Shown here in pieces: positions 26,935-37,033 of a DNA stretch of 64,000 bases. The stretch spans positions 77,530 to 141,529 of the forward strand of contig JBBQZW010000001.1 in NCBI GenBank assembly GCA_038207395.1, read 5' to 3'. Origin of the DNA: Minisyncoccia bacterium (lineage in GTDB: Bacteria > Patescibacteriota > Minisyncoccia > Phycocordibacterales > Phycocordibacteraceae). The translations under genes and the position numbers were made by a program. The notes under the pieces were generated by a model. It saw only the letters and a program-made list of their open reading frames with translations. It was not told the origin of the DNA and searched no databases. Each line of letters begins with the position of its first letter. The first letter of the stretch is position 1.

Positions 26935-28210
26935 TGATAGCTTGGTTAGCGGCGTCGAGTGCTTGCCCTACTGCACTACGTCCGCTCGTTATACTACTAA
27001 TCATAGTACTGAAGATGCGGTCAGTCGTTGCTGGTGATGGGGATAGCCACCCTTTTGCAATAAGTGCTTGTGGGTAATATACCGGAGCGTACCGGTCATT
27101 ATTAGCAGGCGTAAGAGCAGCACGCGTTGCAGGCGCCATAAAGAGAGTCTGTGAGACTACGGGCGCATAGGCGGTATCAGCAAGCGCAAATGCCACCGCC
27201 ACTGCTCCAGCGGCATTAGTTGAGGCTTTTGGCACCGAGAAAGCATATGCCTTTGCGTACGTTACTTTTTGTGCACTTGTCTGCGGCTGGGGTATGGCTG
27301 TCATATCAAAATCCAGGTTTGGATTCGAGGCTTTAAGGAATGGGAGCTCTGACGCAAAACCAGGATAGAAGACTAAACTGCCTGCAATAAATGCCTGACG
27401 TGCAGAGGGAATGGCACGGTTCCAGGAATACACCGTACGTGCAGGGTCAGCGAATTGAGTATAAAAACTCAGCGCTGACTGAGCTGGAGACGTCTTAGAA
27501 GTGCTTGTACCCCCTTCATTAAGGGTTGCTCGGAGACCATTAGTGCTTACTCCGGTAATGGTACTTCCGGCCTGGAGGAGAAGGAGCGAGACAGCCGCAC
27601 GTGCATTCTCAACATTCTCATACACTCCAAACGGCACCGTACTTTGAGAAACAGTCCCTCCAGACGTACGGGAGAGCTGCTCTGCAAGGCTAGTCACCGC
27701 TTCCCAGGATGTTGGCGGAGATGCGATACCTGCAGAGGTAAGAATACTGCGGTTGTAATACAACACGAGCGGATCAACGGTAAACGGCACTCCATACGTT
27801 CCATTAGCAGCTAAGAAGAGTTCGTCTATAGGAAGATAGGTATTTAAATACGTACGCTCAGAAATAGTTGAGAACGGTATGACTGAAAGCTTATTCTGCT
27901 GTGTTACTAATTCCTCTTGAGAGACAAGGATGAGATCGGGGCCATTGCCTGCGGCAATGGCCTGCGCAAGATCAACATCAAACGTATTCTCCGACTTCTC
28001 CTGGTAACTTACCCCTTGATACTCTTGGTTTGAAGAGCGAAGCGTATTTAAGATCTGCTCCATACTACTTTGTGGAAGTGTCCCCCAGATCGTAACTGCC
28101 CCAACCTTTGTACTAGCACTTCCAAAGCCTCCAAAATTTGAGAACAGCACAAGCCCAAGCACAATAAGAAAGCCGAAGATGGCGAGAAGTATGATCTGGA
28201 ACGGTTTCAT
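26921..28210 (-). CDS. Extracellular solute-binding protein (sugar-binding family 1-like)
   Basis: N-terminal TM anchor, VTIWG, AAGNGPDL, YGVPF.VDPLVLYYN, PPTSWE. Confidence 0.88.
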   Translation of the reverse strand: MKPFQIILLAIFGFLIVLGLVLFSNFGGFGSASTKVGAVTIWGTLPQSSMEQILNTLRSSNQEYQGVSYQEKSENTFDVDLAQAIAAGNGPDLILVSQEELVTQQNKLSVIPFSTISERTYLNTYLPIDELFLAANGTYGVPFTVDPLVLYYNRSILTSAGIASPPTSWEAVTSLAEQLSRTSGGTVSQSTVPFGVYENVENARAAVSLLLLQAGSTITGVSTNGLRATLNEGGTSTSKTSPAQSALSFYTQFADPARTVYSWNRAIPSARQAFIAGSLVFYPGFASELPFLKASNPNLDFDMTAIPQPQTSAQKVTYAKAYAFSVPKASTNAAGAVAVAFALADTAYAPVVSQTLFMAPATRAALTPANNDRYAPVYYPQALIAKGWLSPSPATTDRIFSTMISSITSGRSAVGQALDAANQAINASF

Positions 28211-28228
28211 ATACTAAGTTGTTACGGG

Positions 28229-28765
28229 TTAACGTTCAGGGGATGTAAAAACGATAGCATAGTGATGCGCACCCGCTCTAAAGTCTTTACCTTTATGGAA
28301 ACCTCCTGTAATGAAAAGTTCTTCTGCCGAATGTTCAGAAACTACATGCTGTGCATCGGGACCCATACCTCCATACGCACCCGCCCAATCAACCACCAGT
28401 ACTTTTCCTCCGGGTTTACTAATACGCAAACACTCAGCAACCATATTCTCTTTGTGTTCAATCTGAAATAGTACATTTGAGATAATGACTGCATCCATGG
28501 ACTGATCACGAAGTTTTGTACCTCCCTTGTTCTCAATGTTTCCCCACAGTGTTTCTATATTTCGGAGCCCACGCGCATGTGCTGAATCAAGTACATGCGT
28601 AAGTATGTCTTTCTGAATATCAATAGCGTACACGCGTCCGTCATGACCAACTGCTGCAGCTGCAGCTAGAGAATAGTGTCCGGTACCTGCGCCAAGATCA
28701 GCGACCTTCATCCCTTCACGAACTCCAAGCTGGAGTATGTTATTTTTTGGATCGGCAAAGTTCAT
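28229..28765 (-). CDS. Class I SAM-dependent methyltransferase
   Basis: VADLGAGTG, VYAIDIQ, KPGGKVLVVDW. Confidence 0.92.
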   Translation of the reverse strand: MNFADPKNNILQLGVREGMKVADLGAGTGHYSLAAAAAVGHDGRVYAIDIQKDILTHVLDSAHARGLRNIETLWGNIENKGGTKLRDQSMDAVIISNVLFQIEHKENMVAECLRISKPGGKVLVVDWAGAYGGMGPDAQHVVSEHSAEELFITGGFHKGKDFRAGAHHYAIVFTSPER

Positions 28766-28820
28766 TACTATAAAAATAGCACGGGTCGCCCTAAGGCGGC
28801 CCGTGCATCAACAATATCTT

Positions 28821-28982
28821 TTAGCAGACGCAACCCAAGGTGTTCATTGCTCGGGCTTGATCAAGCTCATGACGATTATCCCTGCCCATTGTGCGCATGT
28901 TGCTTGGAAGTCCGAATGGCATCACGCACTTTTTAACGACTGAGTGCGTAGGCGCAGAGGTATTCCGTTCTGGCGTATTCAT
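28821..28982 (-). CDS. 53-aa small hypothetical protein ending in CxC
   Basis: Not in the ORF track: MNTPERNTSAPTHSVVKKCVMPFGLPSNMRTMGRDNRHELDQARAMNTLGCVC; SD-like AGGGGA; hairpin 28779-28806 just downstream. Confidence 0.5.
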   Translation of the reverse strand: MNTPERNTSAPTHSVVKKCVMPFGLPSNMRTMGRDNRHELDQARAMNTLGCVC

Positions 28983-29072
28983 GCTGATTTCCCCTGTACT
29001 GTGTTGACCAAGATAGGTTATACCACCGTATTTAAACAGTTACAACACACAAACTTACTTGCGGTATAAAAA

Positions 29073-31541
29073 CTAAAGCGCAACCATCGAAGCAATTGAA
29101 TCGCCTTCACGCATTTTCATAATGCGCACACCCTGAGTAGCGCGTGAGAGACTTGGGATCTCTCCTGCTGAAACGCGGATAACCTGCCCCTTCTTCGAAA
29201 TAACGACAATCTCTTCTTCCTTTGCTTCGTCTCCAATAAGCACGCGTGCGCCGATAATTTCACCCGTCTTTGGCGTGACGTCAGCAGTCTTAATACCGGA
29301 GCCCCCTCGTCCTTGAATCTTATACTCAGTAAGCGGCGTTTTCTTTCCGTAGCCGTTCGCCATAATGATAAGGAGTGACGCGTTCTTAGGGTCAGCATTC
29401 ACGACTTCAGCGGAAACAATGCGGTCATCACCCTTAAGAGCCATTCCACGAACACCAGCCGCCGTGCGTCCCATTGCGCGCGTCTCAGCTTCTTCAAAAC
29501 GAATACTCTGTCCCTTTGAAGTAACGATAGAGATACTATCTTCAGCAGCCGTAAGATGTGCAGCCACAAGACGGTCATCTCCCTTGAGGTTAATAGCAAT
29601 GATTCCTGAGCGTCGAACATCTGCGAATGCCTTTGCCTCCACCTTCTTAATAGTTCCCTGATCGGTTACAAGGAATACGGAAAGCGCATCGCGTGCCGCT
29701 CCCTTTGGAGTTGCAAGTACACTTGTAACTTTTTCGTCAGAGGTCATTGAAAGGAAGTTCATAATGGACTTTCCTTTCGTCGCACGCTTTCCTTCAGGAA
29801 TTTCGTACATTTTTGTCTGATATACCTTTCCTTTATCTGTAAAGAAAAGAAGGTCACTGTGTGCAGATGCTTTAAGGAAATGCGTCACCACGTCTTCTTC
29901 CTTTGTTGAAATATCGATAACACCAACTCCCCCACGCTTCTGCGCTTTGAATTCGTCGGGATTATTGCGCTTTACGTATCCGCCTGCCGTAAGTACCAAA
30001 ACGCTATCTTCGTCAGGAACGAGGTCTTCTACAGAAATATTTTTCACGCCACCCTTCACGATCTTAGTGCGTCGTGCGTCAGAATATTTATCCGCAAACT
30101 CAGAGAGTTCACTTCGTACCACAGCAAGGATATTCTTTGCAGAAGAAAGAATCTTCTTGAGCTTAGCGATAAGAATCTGGAGCTCGGCAAGTTCGTCTTC
30201 AATTTTCTTACGCTCAAGACCCGCAAGCGTCTGAAGACGCATGGCGAGAATAGCGGCTGTCTGGCGCTCTGAGAACGCGAACTTTTTAATAAGATTCTTT
30301 GATGCCTCAGGAACATCCTTAGACTTCTTTATGATTGCGATCACCTCATCAATGTGATCAAGCGCTTTTGAAAGGCCGAGGAGGATGTGTTCACGTTCTT
30401 CTGCTTTTCGAAGCTCGTATTCAGTTCGACGCTTTACGACAAGCTGGCGGTGCTTTACGAACTCTTCGAGCATTCCCTTAAGAGAAAGGGTTTGCGGCAC
30501 GCCGTCCACGAGCGCGAGCATGTTGTAGTGGAACGTGCTCTCAAGTTCTGTGTGTTTGTAGAGGGTATTTAAAACAGCCTGAGGATGCGCCGTTCCTTTG
30601 AGCTCAACCACTACGCGAATGTCCGCAGTTGACTCGTCCCGAAGATCCTTAATACCTTCAATCTTTTTGTCTCGTACCAAATCAGCGATGCGAGTAATAA
30701 GATCCGACTTATTAACGCGGAATGGAATGGAGGTGATGATAATGTTTGTACCCTTTTTATCTTCAATGATTTCCGCTTCACCACGAACTACCACGCCGCC
30801 ACGCCCACCCGTGTACGCGTGTTTAATATCAGCCTGATTAAAGGCAATACCACCCATTGGGAAATCCGGTCCTTTAACAAACTGAAGAAGGTCGTCGGTG
30901 GTAGCTTCTGAGTTATCTATCAAATGCATGGTCGCGTCAGCAACCTCGCGCAGGTTATGAGGCGGAATGTTCGTCGCCATACCCACTGCAATGCCGAGTG
31001 CACCATTAAGGAGGAGGTTCGGTGCTGCCGCAGGCAGCACCGTTGGCTCCTGCTTTGAACCATCAAAGTTCGGTGCCCAGTCCACGGTTTCCTTTTCAAG
31101 ATCACGAAGCATTTCGTCCGCAACGCGTGACATACGTGCTTCGGTATAACGATACGCAGCGGCAGGATCTCCATCGATAGAACCGAAGTTTCCCTGACCT
31201 TGAACGAGCGGGTAGCGCGTCGTGAAGTCCTGCGCGAGTTTTACCATTGCCTCATACACGGAAGAGTCTCCGTGTGGGTGGTACGAACCGAGCACTTCTC
31301 CGACTACGGTCGCTGACTTACGGAACTTAGCGGTAGGGGTGAGACCGGTCTGACGCATCGCGAACAAAATACGACGATGCACAGGCTTCAAACCGTCACG
31401 CACATCAGGAAGCGCGCGCGAAGTAATAACGGACATCGCATAGTCCAAATACGAAGATCGCATCTCAGTCGTGATTGACTGGTCAATTATATTTTCGATA
31501 GCCTTAGGCTCTCCTGGTACGGGTGCTTCGTTCTTTGCCAT
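29073..31541 (-). CDS. gyrA: DNA gyrase subunit A
   Basis: [31 protein letters not shown], GyrA box QKRGGVG, beta-pinwheel repeats. Confidence 0.98.
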   Translation of the reverse strand: MAKNEAPVPGEPKAIENIIDQSITTEMRSSYLDYAMSVITSRALPDVRDGLKPVHRRILFAMRQTGLTPTAKFRKSATVVGEVLGSYHPHGDSSVYEAMVKLAQDFTTRYPLVQGQGNFGSIDGDPAAAYRYTEARMSRVADEMLRDLEKETVDWAPNFDGSKQEPTVLPAAAPNLLLNGALGIAVGMATNIPPHNLREVADATMHLIDNSEATTDDLLQFVKGPDFPMGGIAFNQADIKHAYTGGRGGVVVRGEAEIIEDKKGTNIIITSIPFRVNKSDLITRIADLVRDKKIEGIKDLRDESTADIRVVVELKGTAHPQAVLNTLYKHTELESTFHYNMLALVDGVPQTLSLKGMLEEFVKHRQLVVKRRTEYELRKAEEREHILLGLSKALDHIDEVIAIIKKSKDVPEASKNLIKKFAFSERQTAAILAMRLQTLAGLERKKIEDELAELQILIAKLKKILSSAKNILAVVRSELSEFADKYSDARRTKIVKGGVKNISVEDLVPDEDSVLVLTAGGYVKRNNPDEFKAQKRGGVGVIDISTKEEDVVTHFLKASAHSDLLFFTDKGKVYQTKMYEIPEGKRATKGKSIMNFLSMTSDEKVTSVLATPKGAARDALSVFLVTDQGTIKKVEAKAFADVRRSGIIAINLKGDDRLVAAHLTAAEDSISIVTSKGQSIRFEEAETRAMGRTAAGVRGMALKGDDRIVSAEVVNADPKNASLLIIMANGYGKKTPLTEYKIQGRGGSGIKTADVTPKTGEIIGARVLIGDEAKEEEIVVISKKGQVIRVSAGEIPSLSRATQGVRIMKMREGDSIASMVAL

Positions 31542-31550
31542 GATGAAAAA

Positions 31551-31919
31551 CTAAAAAGGAATGATTGTTGCGGATTGATTGGTAGCGTTTGAGTTTGTTT
31601 TAAACGAGGACGAAGTACCTCCATCTATGATGACGAGCGCTGGCTTCGACGTAGTGCTATTTGTCGCGGCACCTACGGCGCCGAGTAGCTGAGAAAAGTT
31701 AGATTGTACATTAGTACCCGAAAGAGCGAATGAGTCGGTCTTAGGTGCGGTGTCCGCAGGAACAGGTACACCACTTCCAAGCGCGAGCGTTCCAGACGAA
31801 ACCATTGTTCCCGCCCAGATAACTCCAACAAGCCCAGTAATACCAGCGCTCGTACCCACAGCCACACGCTTACGAATGTGCTCTGGTTTCTCCTTTAGAT
31901 TGGCGATGAAATCTTTCAT
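31551..31919 (-). CDS. Single-TM hypothetical protein
   Basis: KPEHIRKR followed by a TM and a Ser/Thr-rich tail; between the MBL gene and gyrA. Confidence 0.75.
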   Translation of the reverse strand: MKDFIANLKEKPEHIRKRVAVGTSAGITGLVGVIWAGTMVSSGTLALGSGVPVPADTAPKTDSFALSGTNVQSNFSQLLGAVGAATNSTTSKPALVIIDGGTSSSFKTNSNATNQSATIIPF

Positions 31920-31935
31920 AGATATTTATCAGCAC

Positions 31936-32577
31936 TTAAGAGCTTATTACTATGATAGCACCATCTTTATCTGCAACGTCTTTCTTCTTGAGCGTAAGTT
32001 TGTCCACTTTTTCAGCTTCTCCACCCTCTTCCTTAAGAAACGCTTCTAGTGCTTTTGGCTCACCCATTCCACTCCAGTGCATGGGAATAATTATTTTTGG
32101 TTCAAGCATCGTGGCAAGCTTGCTCGCTTCCGCCGCATCAAGAACGCCGTCTCCTCCAACCGGTACAAAAAGTACGTCAATCTCATCAATCGCTTCTTTT
32201 GCGTTTGCAGGAAGTGTTGTTCCGGACATTGCGCCAAGATGTACGAGCGTCATTCCTTCAAGCTTGACGGAGTATATTGTGTTCACTGCTTCAGTCTGTC
32301 CCTTCCCAAGCGCATATTCACTTTTCGTTAGAAAACCTTGAATAGTCACCCCTTCTTTCTCATATTCACCAGGTCCGTTAATCACGAAAGGGTCCTTCCC
32401 TCCAAATGAAACTTCACTCGTTCCATTCATATCAGGATGATTACGGGACACAAGAGCAATATCAGCACCAAAGCGAACAGGAGGAAGCGTGCCTGACTTT
32501 GAGATTGGATCAAAAACCAAGGTAAAGTCGCCAAAGGTGACTTTGAAGCACTGTCCTGCGTGATGCGTAATAACCAT
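31936..32577 (-). CDS. MBL-fold hydrolase-like protein (Lactamase_B_3 type)
   Basis: CFK, DP, ADIALVS..HPD, GPGEYE, DVLFVPVGG, PKIIIPMHW. Confidence 0.88.
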   Translation of the reverse strand: MVITHHAGQCFKVTFGDFTLVFDPISKSGTLPPVRFGADIALVSRNHPDMNGTSEVSFGGKDPFVINGPGEYEKEGVTIQGFLTKSEYALGKGQTEAVNTIYSVKLEGMTLVHLGAMSGTTLPANAKEAIDEIDVLFVPVGGDGVLDAAEASKLATMLEPKIIIPMHWSGMGEPKALEAFLKEEGGEAEKVDKLTLKKKDVADKDGAIIVISS

Positions 32578-32760
32578 GTTCTCTATATTCTACCATTTCT
32601 CCCCATACCTGTCGCTTTCATGAACAGATAAAATCACTGTCCCCACCTACCCTCTAGTACTTGACAATATTTTGTGTGTGTGATAACTTTATTTTTGTTA
32701 GGCCTGCGTAATTCGTACGTAGGAACGATCCTGACATGATCAATGAAAAGGAGAATTGCT

Positions 32761-33075
32761 ATGCGGAATCTTCGCATATTCGCAATCGCGGCGCTCGCAT
32801 GCACCGCGCTCTCGACGCCGGCGTTCGCGACCGAACACATCGACCCGGGGCGCTCGGTGAATAATCTCGATTCGAACAACATCTCGGCCGACAACCGCGC
32901 GACCACGCTGGTCGGCGCGCTGAACACGCAACCGATGTCGAACGACTCGCCGACCGCGACGCGCCCGGAGGTGCGTATGCTCCCTGCTGGCTCGTTGTCG
33001 GCTTCGAACGGCATGTACACATTGGGCGCAGATCGTCTCAACTCGAACGGCAATGCCGGCGGCGCGCTGACCTGA
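32761..33075 (+). CDS. GC-rich secreted hypothetical protein
   Basis: SD AGGAG before ATG 32761; signal peptide MRNLRIFAIAALACTALSTPAFA; TTGACA at 32661; hairpin 33123-33166. Confidence 0.7.
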   Translation: MRNLRIFAIAALACTALSTPAFATEHIDPGRSVNNLDSNNISADNRATTLVGALNTQPMSNDSPTATRPEVRMLPAGSLSASNGMYTLGADRLNSNGNAGGALT

Positions 33076-33263
33076 CCGGTCGGCCGCGGCTATAAACGAA
33101 CCAGGCGTTTCCTGGTAACAATGGGCCCGACTATGACAAAAGCAGATGCTTTGTCTGGTCGGGCCCTAACTATTTTCTAACGTAATTATCTTATACACTT
33201 CCTTCATCTGATGGTCAGCGTTAGGATAGTGTCTGGCGCTCATGCCAAAAAGGAGTAACCGTA

Positions 33264-33446
33264 ATGAGTGATAGTGATCTTTCAACCACAAATGCATCCG
33301 CCACAAACGAAGAGTCTGGACAGAATTCGCCACGAATTCTGTTCCCGGGTCAGTTCCGATTATTCGACCCAATGGTCGATGTTCCAGAGAATCAAATCTG
33401 TTTTGATGGCTTTGATGAGCACTTGTGTGGTGGTGGATACAATTAG
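33264..33446 (+). CDS. 60-aa acidic small protein
   Basis: SD AAGGAG; followed by terminator 33469-33493. Confidence 0.5.
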   Translation: MSDSDLSTTNASATNEESGQNSPRILFPGQFRLFDPMVDVPENQICFDGFDEHLCGGGYN

Positions 33447-33659
33447 GGTATCCAAAGATATGAAAATGGGTGGGTCCTTTGGACCCACCTTTTACTATTA
33501 TTTTATGAGATATCTTTCTTTTTACGCTGTTTATGGTACATTTCCGGTATCGCGAGGGCGTATATAAGCCGCGAGCAGGCTATCCCTGGTTACCGGTTTC
33601 TTTGATTAAAGGAACCTGGCCAGTACCTGCCGCGTACCACGCCCCGTTTCATTTATTAT

Positions 33660-34802
33660 ATGCATGAAGAAACTTCTGCAGAAACTCCGGTTGCTGCACC
33701 AGTCCCCCTTTCCTTTACGCTTGATGCAAGCCACCCAATGGCGAAGCACCTTGATGCAATAAAGAACCCGCCTCTGGCTGGGGACGTTGTTGAAGGAACT
33801 ATTATTGAACTCGTTCGTGGACGCCTTTATGTAGATCTTCCTCCATGGGGATCCGGTATCATTTATGGTCGCGAATACCTCAACGCTGCCGACGTTCTCC
33901 GAAAGGTGAATCCAGGAGACACTATCACGGCAAAGGTTGTTGATCCCGCTGGTATTGATGGCTACATCGAACTTTCTCTCAAGGAAGCTCGCCAGGCAGC
34001 TATCTGGGGCGAAGCTGAAGCTGCTATTCTTAACGCCAACACCTTCAACCTTACCGTTGAAGAAGCTAACAAAGGTGGCCTCATCCTTTCGTGGCAGGGT
34101 ATCAAAGGATTCCTTCCCGCATCCCAGCTCTCGAAGGATCACTATCCACGCGTTCCTGAGGGAGACAAAGATAAGATCTTTGGTGAACTTCTAAAACTCC
34201 AGGGTACTCAGCTTGCCGTTCGTATCATCACTGCTGACGCGAAGGAAGGTAAGCTCATCTTCTCAGAGAAGAGTGGTGAAGAAGAGACGGAAAAGACAAA
34301 TCTTATTGATAAGTACCAGGTTGGCGATGTTGCACTTGGTGAAGTGACTGGAGCCGTTGACTTTGGCGTCTTCGTTAAACTTGAGCAGGGTCTTGAAGGA
34401 CTCGTTCACATTAGTGAACTTGACTGGGGACTCGTTGAAGATCCTCGTACCATGTACACCGTAGGTGACCGTGTTGAGGTGAAGGTTATCGAAATCAAAG
34501 AAGGTAAGGTTTCTCTCTCAATCAAGGCACTTAAGGACAATCCTTGGAAGACCGCTTCTGAGCAGTACAAGAAAGGTCAGGAAGTTACGGGTGTCATCAT
34601 TAAGTACAACAAGCACGGAGCACTCGCTTCTATCGAAGAAGGTGTTGCAGGACTCGTTCACATTAGTGAATTTGCCACCCCTGCAGAACTTCGTGAGACC
34701 CTTGAACTTGGTAAGACGTACCCATTCACAATCACGCTCTTTGAGCCTAAGGATCAGCGTATGACCCTTACGTTCACTGGGCCAAAGGGAGCGAAGAAAT
34801 AA
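33660..34802 (+). CDS. rpsA: 30S ribosomal protein S1 (four S1 domains)
   Basis: KGFLPASQ, FGVFV..EGLVHISEL, GLVHISE S1 repeats. Confidence 0.95.
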   Translation: MHEETSAETPVAAPVPLSFTLDASHPMAKHLDAIKNPPLAGDVVEGTIIELVRGRLYVDLPPWGSGIIYGREYLNAADVLRKVNPGDTITAKVVDPAGIDGYIELSLKEARQAAIWGEAEAAILNANTFNLTVEEANKGGLILSWQGIKGFLPASQLSKDHYPRVPEGDKDKIFGELLKLQGTQLAVRIITADAKEGKLIFSEKSGEEETEKTNLIDKYQVGDVALGEVTGAVDFGVFVKLEQGLEGLVHISELDWGLVEDPRTMYTVGDRVEVKVIEIKEGKVSLSIKALKDNPWKTASEQYKKGQEVTGVIIKYNKHGALASIEEGVAGLVHISEFATPAELRETLELGKTYPFTITLFEPKDQRMTLTFTGPKGAKK

Positions 34803-34854
34803 GACAAATAAACGGTTAAAGAAATAGGGCCCCGCTTGCTACGCAAGCGGGGCC

Positions 34855-35625
34855 CTAGCCGTTTACCTTAACTGGGTAGCTCATGTCGTTTTCATCGACT
34901 GGCACCCATTCAAAATAATGATTTGTTTTAGGTTCATGGTATCCAGCAGGATTGAAGTACTCATCAGGCATGGCCCAAATGAAATGCTCCAGCCGATTTC
35001 TCGTAAGAGTCCCCGGATACCGCTTCGTCCATCGAACATCAGGGAGTGAGGGTAGTGCCCTCTCACACACCGACATCTCTTTTATGTCTTGTACCATTGG
35101 GTAGTCAGACATCGGAAAAAGATGTGGTGAGATAAGATGTTCAGGCGAAGGATGAAGGGTTAGTTCTTGCTGAAGTGCGCGAATCGCAGCCTGCAAAAAC
35201 GTTTCGTGCACAAGATTTCGTTTCTCACTCATAGAGTTACGGTAGGTCCTGCGCACCGCTTCATTTCCTTCAAGATGGTATTCGCGAAGCCACTTTTTAC
35301 TAATATGTCGCGGATTCAGTAGCGTCGGCTGATGAACATTTGCCGTGACATACAGCGTAGCGGTTTCAATGTCTCGCAGAATATATTTTGTACCCTGGTA
35401 CTCAATGACACTCAGGACACATTCGTGTTCTCGAAACTCTTTTAGAAGTACCGCTACGGACTTAGAGCCTTTCGCTGTTCCCCACTCTCTAAATCCTGGA
35501 ACATATAGCTCCAGAAATATGAGCAGACTCTCTTCAGAATCAATACGCAATGGCTCTTCTGAGAGATTGAATAGCTCGTGTAATACATGTATAAGCCCTT
35601 CAGGAAGGGCGTTCATGGTGGTCAT
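34855..35625 (-). CDS. Hypothetical protein with a degenerate Nudix-like box
   Basis: SEK.....ETFLQAAIRALQQEL resembles a Nudix helix; SD AGGAGG. Confidence 0.55.
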   Translation of the reverse strand: MTTMNALPEGLIHVLHELFNLSEEPLRIDSEESLLIFLELYVPGFREWGTAKGSKSVAVLLKEFREHECVLSVIEYQGTKYILRDIETATLYVTANVHQPTLLNPRHISKKWLREYHLEGNEAVRRTYRNSMSEKRNLVHETFLQAAIRALQQELTLHPSPEHLISPHLFPMSDYPMVQDIKEMSVCERALPSLPDVRWTKRYPGTLTRNRLEHFIWAMPDEYFNPAGYHEPKTNHYFEWVPVDENDMSYPVKVNG

Positions 35626-35715
35626 GAGGTCCTCCTAATGAACCGGAACTAAATACCTGGCCGTACTATGCAACGAATAGACTTAAAGCACAATCCGTAT
35701 TCTTCATGAAGAATA

Positions 35716-36315
35716 CTACTTGGTATTCGCGAAGAGCATGGCCGCCTCAATGTTTTCAGTAATGAAAAGCTGAATAGCGTCATTAGTTTTCTCATATACC
35801 TTCTTAAGGAGTTCCGCTTCTTTTGGAGAAAACTTCCCTATCACATGACCAACGACTTCTTCACCTGCCTCTGGTTTACGAATCTTTCCTTTGGGTGTTG
35901 CGCCTGAGATACCCACTTTGAGCTGTGCAAATTCCTTAGTCTTTAGAGTGCGCATGATACTTTCCACCCCTTTGTGTCCACCACTTCCTCGTCCATGCAT
36001 TGTGAGTTTTATGGTTCCAATCGGCAAATCAAGATCATCACGTACGACCAGCAATTTCTTTGCCGCTTTTACCGATTTTACAAATGACGTCACTCCTTTA
36101 CCTGACTGATTCATAAATACTTCGGGAAGTATGAGCTGGACTTTCTCAGCATCTATTACTCCTTCAGTCACTGACGCATGTGCCGATTTGCGAAGTGCGA
36201 ATTCATCAAACTCTGCATGTGCTGCATATGCTTCCACCACCATACGGCCGGCGTTGTGTCGTGTTTTTGCATATTCTCCACCGGGATTTCCGAGTCCTAC
36301 TATTACGCTTGTCAT
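35716..36315 (-). CDS. pth: Peptidyl-tRNA hydrolase
   Basis: IVGLGNPG.EY..TRHNAG, FMNQSG, DDLDL, GSGGHKG. Confidence 0.97.
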   Translation of the reverse strand: MTSVIVGLGNPGGEYAKTRHNAGRMVVEAYAAHAEFDEFALRKSAHASVTEGVIDAEKVQLILPEVFMNQSGKGVTSFVKSVKAAKKLLVVRDDLDLPIGTIKLTMHGRGSGGHKGVESIMRTLKTKEFAQLKVGISGATPKGKIRKPEAGEEVVGHVIGKFSPKEAELLKKVYEKTNDAIQLFITENIEAAMLFANTK

Positions 36316-36481
36316 TATTTCGAGTATAGCAGAAACAGGCGTTCAGAATTAGTACGTGAAGTACCGCTAGCTCCTTGAATGCCTGCCATACTTCTGTGTT
36401 TGTACATCACTTATCTAAAGACATTCAAGGAGGTAGGGGTACAAAACTTGCGCAGGAAAACAGTGCGCGTACAATGCACGT

Positions 36482-37033
36482 ATGAAGCTCTTAGGAAGCG
36501 CGCTAAAAGAGATTGCGATCTTCCTTGTTCTGGCCGTTATCATCGTCCTCCCCATCCGTTTGTTCGTTGCACAACCATTCGTTGTTGAAGGCGAAAGCAT
36601 GCACCCTACATTTGAAAGTGGCGACTACCTCATCGTTGATGAACTTTCATATCACTTTCACGAACCTCGCCGCGGTGATGTCGTCGTATTTCGCTACCCT
36701 GGTGATCCAAAAGTCTTTTATATAAAGCGCGTTATCGGACTTCCGGGCGAAACTATTAGCATTACTGAAGGGAAAGTAACTATTACAAAAGAAGATGGTA
36801 CAAGCGTGACTCTTTCTGAATCATATGTTGTTAACGAAGACGCCACGTACACACAAAGCACACACATAGGCGCAGGTGAACTCTTTGTTATGGGAGATAA
36901 CCGTCCAAAAAGTTCTGACTCGCGCGTATGGGGACTCCTTCCTGAAAAGAATATTATTGGCCATGCCTTCGTCCGACTCTTCCCTGCGAATGAATTCGGA
37001 CTTAATCCTGGCGCAACCACCCAACCACAATGA
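36482..37033 (+). CDS. lepB: Signal peptidase I
   Basis: GESMHPT (Ser), YIKRVIGLPG (Lys), GDNR..S.DSR. Confidence 0.97.
   Translation: MKLLGSALKEIAIFLVLAVIIVLPIRLFVAQPFVVEGESMHPTFESGDYLIVDELSYHFHEPRRGDVVVFRYPGDPKVFYIKRVIGLPGETISITEGKVTITKEDGTSVTLSESYVVNEDATYTQSTHIGAGELFVMGDNRPKSSDSRVWGLLPEKNIIGHAFVRLFPANEFGLNPGATTQPQ

Noticed and set aside
32634-33053. Several overlapping minus-strand ORFs
   Set aside because: A by-product of high local GC; only the plus-strand ORF has an SD, signal peptide, promoter and terminator.
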